From: a virus
Direction: 5' to 3' (one strand)
IMG/VR virus record: IMGVR_UViG_3300027782_000032
Span: 1-64,000 of that record
DNA: 64,000 nucleotides
Both the position numbers and the translations under genes were made by a program. A model generated the notes under the pieces. That model was given only the letters and a program-made list of their open reading frames with translations, had not been told where the DNA came from and did not search any database. Positions 11,044 through 20,486 of the stretch are shown here, one piece after another. The stretch's first letter is position 1, and each line of letters starts with the position of its first letter.

Positions 11044-12386
11044 TAAGGAATTAACCCCAGTGAGTAGTCTGGCGCTTCTGCCAGAGTTTCATCAGTGCTG
11101 TCTAGTATAGCTTGTGCGTTTGCTTGAATAAGATCGCCGTCAGCTGTGTCAGGTACTTCTACGTTAAATCTTATCTTAGCTGACCTACCAGGTTCTATAG
11201 AGTCCCACCTAAATATATAGTTAGGCCATTCTCCTTCAGGCTCTATAACCTGCGGAGAGCCTCCTTTAGGAGAGTACCATATTGTTGAATTAGCCACTAT
11301 GTTTCCTAGGTTTGCATCAGGGTTTGCTTGAGTAGATGAGGCCATGTTTACTTCAACTCTAACAGGGCCTACAGTGTTTTGGGAGACGTTACAATAAGCT
11401 ACAAGCATTGAAGCTCTTCCGCCTGATATAGGAAGAGCGAATAGCTTCATTGAATGCTGCTCTCTACATGTTTTTGCTGCAACCCATCTGTCTTGGTTTG
11501 AATAGTGCTGAGACCTAACCTTCATAGACCTGTCTCCAAGTCCTTTAAATTTTGTATACAAATTCTTTATACCTTTGTAAGTTTTTACAAAGTCTTCGCA
11601 CTCGCAGCAAGGATTGCAGTTGTTGTTAAGGCCTATTGTGTTTTGGTTTGATGGTTGATACAGCTGACCGTTACTAATGCCTGAAACACCAGTCCAATAG
11701 CAATCCTTGGTTACTACAGCCATGTTTCCATTTGTATCAGGCCTTACTCCGTTTAAAGACGTTATAAAATCCTGTACGCAACCTGGAGGACACGAGGGGT
11801 ATATACCATCACCTGACCCAGGCACTGCTGATATTTGAACATTGTTAACCTTTCTTTTACCTTCTACAGCTGTAGAACTAACAAAATTAAATGCTATATT
11901 GTTACCAGCCACTAAAGAGAGATCGCCTGAGTATTCCTCATTGCCTACGAATATGCGGTTAACTTTGTCTGTCTCTTTTAGTGAAACTCTCTCGTCTAGA
12001 ACGGCGTTAGTTGGATACAAAGAAACGCTGGTTGCCGACGTAAAGTATTGTACTATGGTTAAAACAGCTCTAACAGTCGTCCAGCTGTAAACGATTCTAT
12101 TCGATCCCCAGCTTGAGTGGCTACTGTCTATGGCGGCTGCAGTTGAGAACACTACAGAGTTGTTTGCATCAGTTATAGTTATGCTTGACATGCCAGGGCT
12201 GCTAGAGTTAAAGCCTACAGCTGATGTAACCTTTAAAGGCAGCTTGTAATCGCCTGAGTATGACAGGTGCATGTCTTCAAATAACCCACGTATGTCTGAT
12301 GATGGGTTTACGAATGGGAAATCAGTCCCATTTGGAAATAGACCAGATCCGTACCCTGTAGCTACTGCCATTATTATCCCAAGCAA
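11043..12386 (-). CDS. Putative tail fibre/structural protein (paralog array member); likely start ATG 12371
   Basis: 447 aa. TDFPF, GDLSLVAGNN, ITSLNGVRPDTNG and CNPCCEC motifs, then a helical segment and an Ig-like C-terminus. Confidence 0.5.
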   Translation of the reverse strand: MLGIIMAVATGYGSGLFPNGTDFPFVNPSSDIRGLFEDMHLSYSGDYKLPLKVTSAVGFNSSSPGMSSITITDANNSVVFSTAAAIDSSHSSWGSNRIVYSWTTVRAVLTIVQYFTSATSVSLYPTNAVLDERVSLKETDKVNRIFVGNEEYSGDLSLVAGNNIAFNFVSSTAVEGKRKVNNVQISAVPGSGDGIYPSCPPGCVQDFITSLNGVRPDTNGNMAVVTKDCYWTGVSGISNGQLYQPSNQNTIGLNNNCNPCCECEDFVKTYKGIKNLYTKFKGLGDRSMKVRSQHYSNQDRWVAAKTCREQHSMKLFALPISGGRASMLVAYCNVSQNTVGPVRVEVNMASSTQANPDANLGNIVANSTIWYSPKGGSPQVIEPEGEWPNYIFRWDSIEPGRSAKIRFNVEVPDTADGDLIQANAQAILDSTDETLAEAPDYSLGLIP

Positions 12387-13321
12387 CTTCCACCGTCCCC
12401 AACGCGGCTGCCAAGGACTGTGAGGTTCATTCGGTTTACTGAGCCTTCTAGCCTATTCAAAAAGTTAGTCAAGCTATTAGCTGCGTCTCCAAACCTTACT
12501 AGGTCGGTAGTTACAGCCTCAAGCTCCGTGCATCCGCAGCACGGTTTTGAACATGTGTCGTTAAACTGAAGACCGTTTGATATGGATACTACGTTAAGGC
12601 AATCATCACCAATTATAGCTATATCGCCTGTTTCATTAGGACTTGTACCGTTAACTGAGCGTACGCAGCCACCTATAGCTAGGTCGTCTTCGCAATTGCA
12701 ATTTAAGCTAAGGCCCTCTCCTTTGATAGCGTTGAACGTTATGCTTGTAACTCCGTCTACTGTTGACGAGTACAGTTGCATGTTAGTGCCTGCTACAAAA
12801 GCTATGTCTCCCTGCAGCCTTTTAGATACCGACGTACCATTTACTAGAGATATGCTGCTGACGCCTCTTATCATTAACCTAATAGCATCAGAGTCTACGT
12901 TAGAACTTTCGTAAGTGAAGTTGTAAGATCCAGCTGGCAGGGTGTTGAGCTCGTCAACTCTTCCAAGTACTATTTTTCCAACGCAATCTATGAAGTCACC
13001 CTCTCCTACTAAAGAATAAGTTTTATATTCAGAGTGTGACGAGAAGGCCACTGTAACTGTGGCTACCGATATGCCCTCATCGCTGTCCCAGTATCCTAAA
13101 ACTAAACTTAGCCCTGTAGAAAAGACAGATATAGACCTTATGTAGAATCGTTCTGGAAAGGCTACTAACCCTGCATGTATTGGAAAGTATAAGCCTAGTA
13201 ATAAGCTGTCAGGTATTGTAAAAGTGCCTGTAGTATCTACCTTAGATGCTGTCTCTGTTAAGGGATAGCTTCTTTGGCTATTAGAGTTCAACCATTCTAG
13301 GTTCCAAATACCTACAACCAT
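12374..13321 (-). CDS. Putative tail fibre/structural protein (paralog array member)
   Basis: 315 aa. WLNSNSQRSYPL, GDIAFVAGTN, VRSVNGTSPNETG and CSKPCCGC motifs, then a coiled-coil-like end. Confidence 0.5.
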   Translation of the reverse strand: MVVGIWNLEWLNSNSQRSYPLTETASKVDTTGTFTIPDSLLLGLYFPIHAGLVAFPERFYIRSISVFSTGLSLVLGYWDSDEGISVATVTVAFSSHSEYKTYSLVGEGDFIDCVGKIVLGRVDELNTLPAGSYNFTYESSNVDSDAIRLMIRGVSSISLVNGTSVSKRLQGDIAFVAGTNMQLYSSTVDGVTSITFNAIKGEGLSLNCNCEDDLAIGGCVRSVNGTSPNETGDIAIIGDDCLNVVSISNGLQFNDTCSKPCCGCTELEAVTTDLVRFGDAANSLTNFLNRLEGSVNRMNLTVLGSRVGDGGSCLG

Positions 13322-13356
13322 TAGCTACGACCTCCATGTCGTAATGTTTATAAGTC

Positions 13357-15150
13357 TTAGTATAGAACTGCTACAGCCTCTATTAGACCAACTTCTCCTG
13401 CGTAACCGTCTCCTGAAGATCTTTCTATGGAAAAGAATACTACGTCTTGCCCTTCTGCCCCAAGAATATCTTCGCTGTCTATGTCTATGTAGTGATCAGC
13501 CGATATAGATGACCCTGTGTCGATTATTAAAGCTGTGTCAGTAACAGGAAGAGGTTCAGGCGATCCTGATGATTTTGAAAGTATTCTGTAGCTTGCTGAC
13601 AGATCAGGCATAGTTCCTGAGGTTCTACCTAGCACTCTAAGTCTAAGCTTTAGCTTAGGAGTTGCTGGAAAAGAGTCAGCGTGCGGTAGAAGTACCTTTA
13701 GCCTTACTGAGCTTGCTTGATTAGGAGGGAACGCTAAGTACATGATATCGTTATAATATCGTTCTTTTGTATCACTAAGCCTAACTACTTGAGGCTGTAT
13801 TATTCGCTCAGATGGTTCAACGTTAGCTCTTATGGTAACTATACCTTGATGTATCGTATCGTCTCCGTCTACTCTGTTAAACGTTGACAATATAGTAACG
13901 CTGTTATCAGCCGCCCTAATGCCTTCTACTATCCTACCGCGTTGAAACTTTCCATTGTTTACAGACTTTAACGCTAGAGATCCAAGCGCCGCGTTGTTGT
14001 CTATAGCTAAGGCTAGATTAACACCTATCTTAAGCGCGCCTGTGTTTGTAGGCTTGTTATCGTAGCATCCAATAATTGTAATGCCACTGTTCTCTACAGG
14101 ATCAAGACTTGTCACTACGGTCTTATCAACTCCGTAAGCTGTCTTTGAAAATCGTAACAGCATCTTTCTTGTTACGTCTCTAGGGCACTCAGGTCCAGAT
14201 TCTGATGACGAACTACTGGAGTTGCTGCCTAGCTGATGGTAGGCCCATGGTACGTCGTTGTAGCAGTCTGACATCCACCATATACCGTTTATGTCTATTA
14301 CAACTAAACCCAGAGGTCCAAGAGGGAGCTCTACTCCATTTCCATCAGATTCACTTTTAAATAAAGTTATGCTTGCTGACTCTGCAGGCATAGGAGGAAA
14401 CACGCTGTATAGGCCAGTGTGTGTCTTAAGGTTATATCCAAAGGCAGCGCCAGTTGGAGCTAACCCATTAAATGAAGCATCGTCAGCTGGAAGCCAACCT
14501 GTCAAGTCACTGTCCACGTTAATAATAGTGTGCTTACCGTCAACACTAGGAGTAGGCGAATCTCCACATGCCGAAAGATAAAGGTTAAACTCATAATGAA
14601 CGTGGTTGTAAGGTCCGTCTCTTAGCTGAGGCTGAACATAGACAATTCCATTACCGTCTGCGTGCAGTACAGCTACGTCAGCTATTGCTGGCTTTTTTGA
14701 TAGTTTACCTTTAGTTTTTCCAGACAGATAGTATCTACCTGGAGTTACAGGTCCGCCTCCGTCTATTACAGAAGCTATGTCTATGTTGCCTTTACCTACT
14801 AGAAGTATGTCTGCAACTTCTTCAGAGTGCTTGTAAAGGGCTACTCCAATAACGTCACACATTGGAGACGTCTCCAATGTACGAGTCTCCATGTCGAACT
14901 CGTAACCTGCCAAAGCTCTGTCAAACCTAGATACGCTAGAGTTCCAGTAGACGGCCATGCCTACTGTTACTGCAGACTCTACTGGGCAGTCATAGGCTAC
15001 CAAGGCTTCCTTATTTTCAATACCGTCGATACGGTCTTTAAGATACCTTGATTGATTCTCAAGGGCTCTAGTTGGGCGGCTGTCTACTTTAGCTTCTACA
15101 GCCTCTCCGTCTTTTACGTGCTCTATTTTGTTTGTCCAAGATGATGACAT
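13357..15150 (-). CDS. Putative tail fibre / baseplate-attached protein
   Basis: 597 aa. The N-terminus VKDGEAVEAKVDSRPTRALENQSRYLKDRID resembles myophage tail-fibre anchor domains; position is downstream of the wedge genes. Confidence 0.55.
   Translation of the reverse strand: MSSSWTNKIEHVKDGEAVEAKVDSRPTRALENQSRYLKDRIDGIENKEALVAYDCPVESAVTVGMAVYWNSSVSRFDRALAGYEFDMETRTLETSPMCDVIGVALYKHSEEVADILLVGKGNIDIASVIDGGGPVTPGRYYLSGKTKGKLSKKPAIADVAVLHADGNGIVYVQPQLRDGPYNHVHYEFNLYLSACGDSPTPSVDGKHTIINVDSDLTGWLPADDASFNGLAPTGAAFGYNLKTHTGLYSVFPPMPAESASITLFKSESDGNGVELPLGPLGLVVIDINGIWWMSDCYNDVPWAYHQLGSNSSSSSSESGPECPRDVTRKMLLRFSKTAYGVDKTVVTSLDPVENSGITIIGCYDNKPTNTGALKIGVNLALAIDNNAALGSLALKSVNNGKFQRGRIVEGIRAADNSVTILSTFNRVDGDDTIHQGIVTIRANVEPSERIIQPQVVRLSDTKERYYNDIMYLAFPPNQASSVRLKVLLPHADSFPATPKLKLRLRVLGRTSGTMPDLSASYRILSKSSGSPEPLPVTDTALIIDTGSSISADHYIDIDSEDILGAEGQDVVFFSIERSSGDGYAGEVGLIEAVAVLY
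14859..14880. repeat. Dispersed palindrome copy 1 (22-bp perfect palindrome)
   Basis: ACATTGGAGACGTCTCCAATGT; core at 14863-14876, translated as LETSPM. Confidence 0.95.
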
Positions 15151-15164
15151 AAGCCTTACCTCTA

Positions 15165-15755
15165 TTATTTAAACTGTTCAGTCCAGCTTACGCCTATTTG
15201 ACTAGAAGCCTGCTTCAGAACCTGTTGGTTTGAAGGGTAATACTCCCTAGCGAATATAAGGTCTTTGGTTCTATCTTCCCACCTTGGTGTGGCAACTAAT
15301 GATAAACCAAATACCTTGCTATTAGCTCCTACTGTAAAAGGCTTTCCGTGGACACCTACGCTACCAGTCGTCTGGGCAAAGAAGGTTAACTGATTTACCT
15401 TTACCGATGCACCTTCATATCCAGATATCAATGAGGCCTTAGGGTTTGATATTAATTGAACTCTAAGAAAGTCTCTTGCTGGACTGGCAGATAAAGCAGA
15501 GTAATATTCAATACCGTCTGCTCTGTCAAATGATGGAGATGAAACTACGTCTTCAGGAGAAGATACGTTTTCAAACTCTATGTACATTCCGCTTATTTTA
15601 AATTCTTCTCTACCTTCTCCAAACAGCTTGCAGGCTATCTCTCCCCAGGTCCATTGAATCTGGTTATGAAACGTAGCTTTAGGCAGCCATAGACCGCTAC
15701 TTTCAATTTCGTAAGTACTTATAATACCACTTACTTCTGCTCTGTTGTTAGACAT
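15165..15755 (-). CDS. Putative baseplate/tail-collar protein
   Basis: 196 aa, beta-rich, between the wedge-like and fibre-like genes. Confidence 0.35.
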   Translation of the reverse strand: MSNNRAEVSGIISTYEIESSGLWLPKATFHNQIQWTWGEIACKLFGEGREEFKISGMYIEFENVSSPEDVVSSPSFDRADGIEYYSALSASPARDFLRVQLISNPKASLISGYEGASVKVNQLTFFAQTTGSVGVHGKPFTVGANSKVFGLSLVATPRWEDRTKDLIFAREYYPSNQQVLKQASSQIGVSWTEQFK

Positions 15756-15762
15756 CGTTACC

Positions 15763-17241
15763 TCATGAACACTGGCTGCTTATAGATTTAATAACTACAG
15801 CCGAATTAAGTAAATAAGAAGCATCATACTCCTCTAACGTTTCAGCGCCAGTATACTTATCTTCGTTAGATGATTGTACAGTAAATTCACTATCAATGGC
15901 GAGTGGAGCTTCAAAAATGAAAAATACTCCGTTACCAAGTGAAACTAAGTCTGGAACTACGTCTAGCCTTGGTATGCCTTGAGGTACAGCTTCAGCCTTT
16001 ATAGTGACTAAAGTTAACCCTCCAGGAATCATTTCATTTATTAAAAACTGTAACGGATTTATAGTTGATGGCAGGCTCTCCTTGTAAGGATTACCTACCT
16101 TATCAGCCCTAAGGTCTAACCCCATGGCTATAGTCCTACCCTTTTCGACCCCATTAGCGTGGACTATCTCCCAAAACCTATCAACGTCAAAAGGATGCCC
16201 TGACACCTTAAACTTTAATTCTGTAACTGGACCTTTATCATCTACATCTACTGGAAAATCGTCATTTAGAAATGTAAGGTCGTAAGAGAACTCGTTGTTA
16301 ATGAATCCTTTTCCTAAGGTTATAGCTTTAACTTCTGACAAGTCTGAGCCTCTTCTAAGCTCCTTTACTACCAAAGCGTTTGACAAGCTCTGACCTAGAC
16401 TTACCTCATCTCCTACTGATACCGTAGGCTCTGCTCTAGGGCTAAGAAAGTACACCTTCTTATTAGTTACTACAACTTTCCTAATGTTAGAGTTTATAGT
16501 CTCTACTGTTTCAGTAGCTTCAGCTACAGGAGCGTTGAGTGCGTACCCAATAAGCTTAGATAGCCTTCCTGATGACATGCCTAGAATAAGGCAATCATAT
16601 ATTGTGTTAACTAGGCCTTTGTAGGCTTCTCCAGACTGACCGTCCACACCTATGGGTAACCCGTATATTTGTTGAACAGACTTTTGATCTATCTTTGGAA
16701 GGTAAAGCCACATAGCCAGCTCTCTATCCTGAACGCCTTTACTGTTAAGCTTGTCTCTAGTTGCAAAGTTAGTATTTAAAAATGGATCAAAGCTGAACAC
16801 AAGCCTGTTAGTAGCTGTGTTTAAGCTGAAGTCCATCCCTTCGAAAAGACTGGCTGACGGGTACGATATTCTATTGTATATTTGGCTTACGCTAGCCACT
16901 CCGTCTGGAAGCTTCCAAGAAAAGCCTACAGCTTCTCCGTAAGTTATAATAGACGAGCCGTACTCAGCTCCACCTTCGTAGAACCCTCTGTTTGCTATTC
17001 CTTCGCTTTTTAATATAGGAAAATATATCCAACTCTTTGACTTGAAAGGACTTATGCTTAGCCTGCTCTTACTAAGTTCTGCTTCTTTCCAGACGCTCAT
17101 AGCGTCCTTCCAGAGCGTAGTTCTAGCATCGACCAAATCTTCTATTTGGTCTTTTCCTTCATATATATCTATCCAATAGCCGCCGGTAAGTGATCTAACC
17201 TTTTCGGCTACGTCCAAGTAAGTCTTAGGATACTCAAACAT
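15763..17241 (-). CDS. Putative baseplate wedge subunit (gp7 / P2 gpI-like)
   Basis: 492 aa. Called mainly from synteny downstream of the J-like gene; motif support is weak. Confidence 0.4.
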   Translation of the reverse strand: MFEYPKTYLDVAEKVRSLTGGYWIDIYEGKDQIEDLVDARTTLWKDAMSVWKEAELSKSRLSISPFKSKSWIYFPILKSEGIANRGFYEGGAEYGSSIITYGEAVGFSWKLPDGVASVSQIYNRISYPSASLFEGMDFSLNTATNRLVFSFDPFLNTNFATRDKLNSKGVQDRELAMWLYLPKIDQKSVQQIYGLPIGVDGQSGEAYKGLVNTIYDCLILGMSSGRLSKLIGYALNAPVAEATETVETINSNIRKVVVTNKKVYFLSPRAEPTVSVGDEVSLGQSLSNALVVKELRRGSDLSEVKAITLGKGFINNEFSYDLTFLNDDFPVDVDDKGPVTELKFKVSGHPFDVDRFWEIVHANGVEKGRTIAMGLDLRADKVGNPYKESLPSTINPLQFLINEMIPGGLTLVTIKAEAVPQGIPRLDVVPDLVSLGNGVFFIFEAPLAIDSEFTVQSSNEDKYTGAETLEEYDASYLLNSAVVIKSISSQCS

Positions 17242-17256
17242 ACGACTCCCTCGTTC

Positions 17257-18309
17257 TTAGGGATTTGAATTATCGCATATTTTTTTAACGAATGAAACCA
17301 GCTTTTCTAAGCCTTCTTCAGTAAAGTCCTTTACCGACAAAGTTATTGTGCCTACTTGGTTTTCAGCCTTCCTAAGAGACCTACTACTGGCCATTCTTTT
17401 GGCTTCTCTGAGCGCGCTTTTAGGCTCTATAAGGCCCCATCCATAAGTAGTGTCGTATCCAGCTTCTCCTGCATCGGTAGCGGTCTTGAAGAAAGTTTTA
17501 GATATCTCAGTTAAAAGTTGTTTGTACTTTATGTTCTCAGCTTTTAAAGCTGACAATACAAGCGCTAGTACACCAGCCACAAAAGGCGTAGCCATCGATG
17601 TCCCAGAGAGCTTGGCGTACCCTTTAGCTGGCCAGCAAGAGGTCACGTCTACGCCTGGAGCCGCTATGTCTACCTTTCCTCTGCTTGAAAATAGGGCAGC
17701 AGAATTCTTTTTATTAACTGCAGCTACCGAGATGCACTCTTTCATTCCAGCTGGAAACCCAGTGGTAGCAGGTCCTGGTCCTTCGTTACCTGCGGCTGCT
17801 ACTATAAAGCATCCCTTCGAGTATGCAAACTTTACAGCATCCTTTATTTTCTTGTCCAATACTGAAGAGCCTAGACTCATTGATATTATGTCTGCACCTT
17901 CAGCTACAGCCCATCGTATACCTTTAGCTATCCAATCTGAAGAACCTGACCCTTCGTCATCAAGAACTTTTCCTATTATTAAACTTGCGCTAGGAGCTAC
18001 TCCTATGATTCCGCTGTTGTTCTTATTTCCAGCTATGACTCCAGCGCAGTGGGTGCCGTGCCCATTAGTGTCATAGTGCCCTGAAGGCGAGCCGCTGAAA
18101 TCTTTCAAGCTTGATATCTGACCAGATAGATCAGGGTGCTTATCTGCAACGCCTGTGTCAAGAACAGCAACCTTTATGCCTTTTCCTGAAGAGTCTATCC
18201 ATATGTCTGGGACATTAAACGACCTAAGACCCCAGTCTATTACTTCAGAGCAGGTTATAGACAGACTTTCAACTTTGAAGTCAGGAAGCTTGTATGTTGG
18301 TTTAGACAT
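17257..18309 (-). CDS. Subtilisin-family (S8) serine protease, intracellular Isp-like architecture
   Basis: Catalytic triad motifs VAVLDTG, GHGTHCAG and GTSMATP. No signal peptide or propeptide; short N-terminal extension only. Confidence 0.95.
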   Translation of the reverse strand: MSKPTYKLPDFKVESLSITCSEVIDWGLRSFNVPDIWIDSSGKGIKVAVLDTGVADKHPDLSGQISSLKDFSGSPSGHYDTNGHGTHCAGVIAGNKNNSGIIGVAPSASLIIGKVLDDEGSGSSDWIAKGIRWAVAEGADIISMSLGSSVLDKKIKDAVKFAYSKGCFIVAAAGNEGPGPATTGFPAGMKECISVAAVNKKNSAALFSSRGKVDIAAPGVDVTSCWPAKGYAKLSGTSMATPFVAGVLALVLSALKAENIKYKQLLTEISKTFFKTATDAGEAGYDTTYGWGLIEPKSALREAKRMASSRSLRKAENQVGTITLSVKDFTEEGLEKLVSFVKKICDNSNP

Positions 18310-18310
18310 G

Positions 18311-18661
18311 TTACTTACCCTCGCTAGGGTATGTGTTTTCTATCCATTTTATAATTAGCTTAACTAGTATTGGTAGAAGCCACACAGGTATATCAAACGA
18401 AGCTGCTACTGGTTTTTCTTTTTTATCTAATATTTCCTGTAATGCAAGAGCTACAGACTTCTTAGAAACTTTAGCAGCCTTTATAGATTTTACAGCGTAA
18501 GACTCGGCTGCAAACTGCATAAGGTATGTGGCTATGTCCATTGCCGCGTATATAGCGTCCCATCTTTTAAAAGTGGATTTTCCGTTTAGCATCTCAGCAA
18601 GTTTTCTTACTGATTCCATAGGGAAGCCAGCGTACTTTATAGAGAATGTTTTTGCAGCCAT
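18311..18661 (-). CDS. Hypothetical protein with hydrophobic C-terminus
   Basis: 116 aa; IPVWLLPILVKLIIKWI segment. Confidence 0.6.
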   Translation of the reverse strand: MAAKTFSIKYAGFPMESVRKLAEMLNGKSTFKRWDAIYAAMDIATYLMQFAAESYAVKSIKAAKVSKKSVALALQEILDKKEKPVAASFDIPVWLLPILVKLIIKWIENTYPSEGK

Positions 18662-18664
18662 GGT

Positions 18665-19039
18665 TTATCCTTCAATAGAGTTTATTATGTTATTAACATC
18701 TTCCTCGTTTATCAACTGAGCTGCTGTTGATACAGCTTTCTCTATGATGGCTATAGCCGGATCACCTGCTACACCCTTTGGTATTTTTAGCTTGTTATCT
18801 TTAAGGCTATTTCTTATTACGCGTCTTATTTTAATCTTTTCAATTATGTTAGGGTCTCTTACGTGCTCCAGAGCTTCCTTAGGAGAGTACTTACACATTT
18901 GATTTAGCTTAACTAAATTAACTATTATAGACACTAAAGCCGACACTACTATAAACGTCTCTACTATAAACCCTTTGGCTTCTAGATCTTTTTGCAGCTT
19001 AGTAGACATCCTACCTGCTAGAGCTTCTACATTATTCAT
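18665..19039 (-). CDS. Hypothetical protein, one hydrophobic segment (start revised from 19108)
   Basis: AGGAAAGGA Shine-Dalgarno-like sequence precedes ATG 19039 (MNNVEAL...). Confidence 0.6.
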   Translation of the reverse strand: MNNVEALAGRMSTKLQKDLEAKGFIVETFIVVSALVSIIVNLVKLNQMCKYSPKEALEHVRDPNIIEKIKIRRVIRNSLKDNKLKIPKGVAGDPAIAIIEKAVSTAAQLINEEDVNNIINSIEG

Positions 19040-19054
19040 TTGGATTCCTTTCCT

Positions 19055-19070
19055 GTGGAGACGTCTCCAC
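19055..19070. repeat. Dispersed palindrome copy 2 (intergenic, just upstream of an RBS)
   Basis: GTGGAGACGTCTCCAC. Confidence 0.95.
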
Positions 19071-19080
19071 TGTATTTCCG

Positions 19081-19260
19081 CTAATGTTCGTGCGCTTTGC
19101 AATCGCACTTAAGTCCACAACTTACAGTCATTTTAAGTTTACTGCAACAGCGATCATCAGCCTTATACACTAATACAGCGCCTATAACAGCGCCTACACA
19201 TAGCACTGCTAGTACTTCTATTAGCTGTATAATATTGTTTACAGATTTCTTAAAGCTCAT
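19081..19260 (-). CDS. 59-aa membrane protein with Cys-rich C-terminus (below ORF-track cutoff)
   Basis: MSFKKSVNNIIQLIEVLAVLCVGAVIGAVLVYKADDRCCSKLKMTVSCGLKCDCKAHEH*; fills the gap between co-oriented genes. Confidence 0.7.
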   Translation of the reverse strand: MSFKKSVNNIIQLIEVLAVLCVGAVIGAVLVYKADDRCCSKLKMTVSCGLKCDCKAHEH

Positions 19261-19304
19261 CTAGATTAGGCCTTTGCTGGCAACTGCCAGCAGCTGGATT
19301 AAGT

Positions 19305-19526
19305 TCAACAGCCTGATGAGCCTCTATACCTACGCTTTTTTGTTTTATCCTGAGGCGGCTCTGTGACAAGCCGCTCAGGTTCAGTGTCAAGTTTTTTTGA
19401 TGTAAAACTTGACACTGGTTTTTCTTTTAGCAAATCAAATGCTGCCTTATCTATCTTAGTAGTCTGATAAGACATAACAGCCGCCAAGATTATGTGTAGC
19501 ATGTCAGGCCTTGCCTTGTGTATCAA
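19305..19526 (-). CDS. Small hypothetical protein, possible short signal-like N-terminus
   Basis: 73 aa (MLHIILAAVM...), co-oriented and gap-filling. Confidence 0.5.
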   Translation of the reverse strand: MIHKARPDMLHIILAAVMSYQTTKIDKAAFDLLKEKPVSSFTSKKLDTEPERLVTEPPQDKTKKRRYRGSSGC

Positions 19527-19538
19527 GGCGTTAGTAAG

Positions 19539-20474
19539 TTACACCAACATAAACAAAGCTTTATCTATTAGCTGCTCTGGGAACCCTTCAAAGTTACTAA
19601 ACGCAAAGGTCTCTCTAGCTCTAATATGTTTTTCAGCATCCTTTCGCCTGACTCTTAGCACCCCTATAGGTAGGTCAGCTCCAGTGTTGAAGTCCTTAAG
19701 CTGTCCATGAGCATCACCCCAGCTATTAAGAATAATAGCGTAAGGGTCGGTAGCGTTATCATCAACTCCGATAAAGCACATCTGGTGCCCCCAGTTATCC
19801 GTCTGACGGTGAAACCCATCATTAGCTGGAGTCATAGAGTAGCCAACATCGCTAGCGGTCGTGCAGGGGTATCCGTTAGATATAGCCGCTACTAAGTCGT
19901 CCCAGCTCTTAACAAGGGCTGCTGACTTTACTGGGTGTAGTTTACCTTCCTCTACAAACCTAGTATCTGGTCCTGGACGGTCTCCCCACTTTTTAGCTAC
20001 TTTTCCAGAATATGCTGGCACACCACTAAAATTACTGCGAAGAACACCGTATTTAATAATAGCGTCTGCCATCCAGCTTCCCAGGGAGCCATCGTCACCA
20101 TCGAACTGCCCTCCTCCGATAAGTACCCGACCTGTGCCGTAGAGATAAGGAGGGAATACTGGGTTAAAAGCTTCCCTGTCGCCTTTCATGAGCTTTTCGG
20201 TAGCCATTAAGTATTCACAGGCGTTCTTAGCTCCGAAAGACACGCAGTCACCTATCTCTTGTGCATAGTTCTCTGTATCCTTGCCTAGGAGCTTTCTTAC
20301 GACTTCATACAGCATAGTCTTTCCACCCTTAGTGCTTCTTGTGGAGCTAAGGATGTTAAATTCTTTAAATGATCCTTTAATAAGATCAAACTGAGATTTT
20401 ACAAGATCTGGGTTGTCCTTACCTACCCAGCCGCCTTTTGCTCCATCTTTATAAAGTGATAGTATGTCGCTCAT
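19539..20474 (-). CDS. Papain-like (C1) cysteine peptidase
   Basis: QEIGDCVSFG (Gln and catalytic Cys), WGHQMCFIG (His), IILNSWG (Asn). Confidence 0.88.
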   Translation of the reverse strand: MSDILSLYKDGAKGGWVGKDNPDLVKSQFDLIKGSFKEFNILSSTRSTKGGKTMLYEVVRKLLGKDTENYAQEIGDCVSFGAKNACEYLMATEKLMKGDREAFNPVFPPYLYGTGRVLIGGGQFDGDDGSLGSWMADAIIKYGVLRSNFSGVPAYSGKVAKKWGDRPGPDTRFVEEGKLHPVKSAALVKSWDDLVAAISNGYPCTTASDVGYSMTPANDGFHRQTDNWGHQMCFIGVDDNATDPYAIILNSWGDAHGQLKDFNTGADLPIGVLRVRRKDAEKHIRARETFAFSNFEGFPEQLIDKALFMLV

Positions 20475-20486
20475 GTTATTTTTTCC

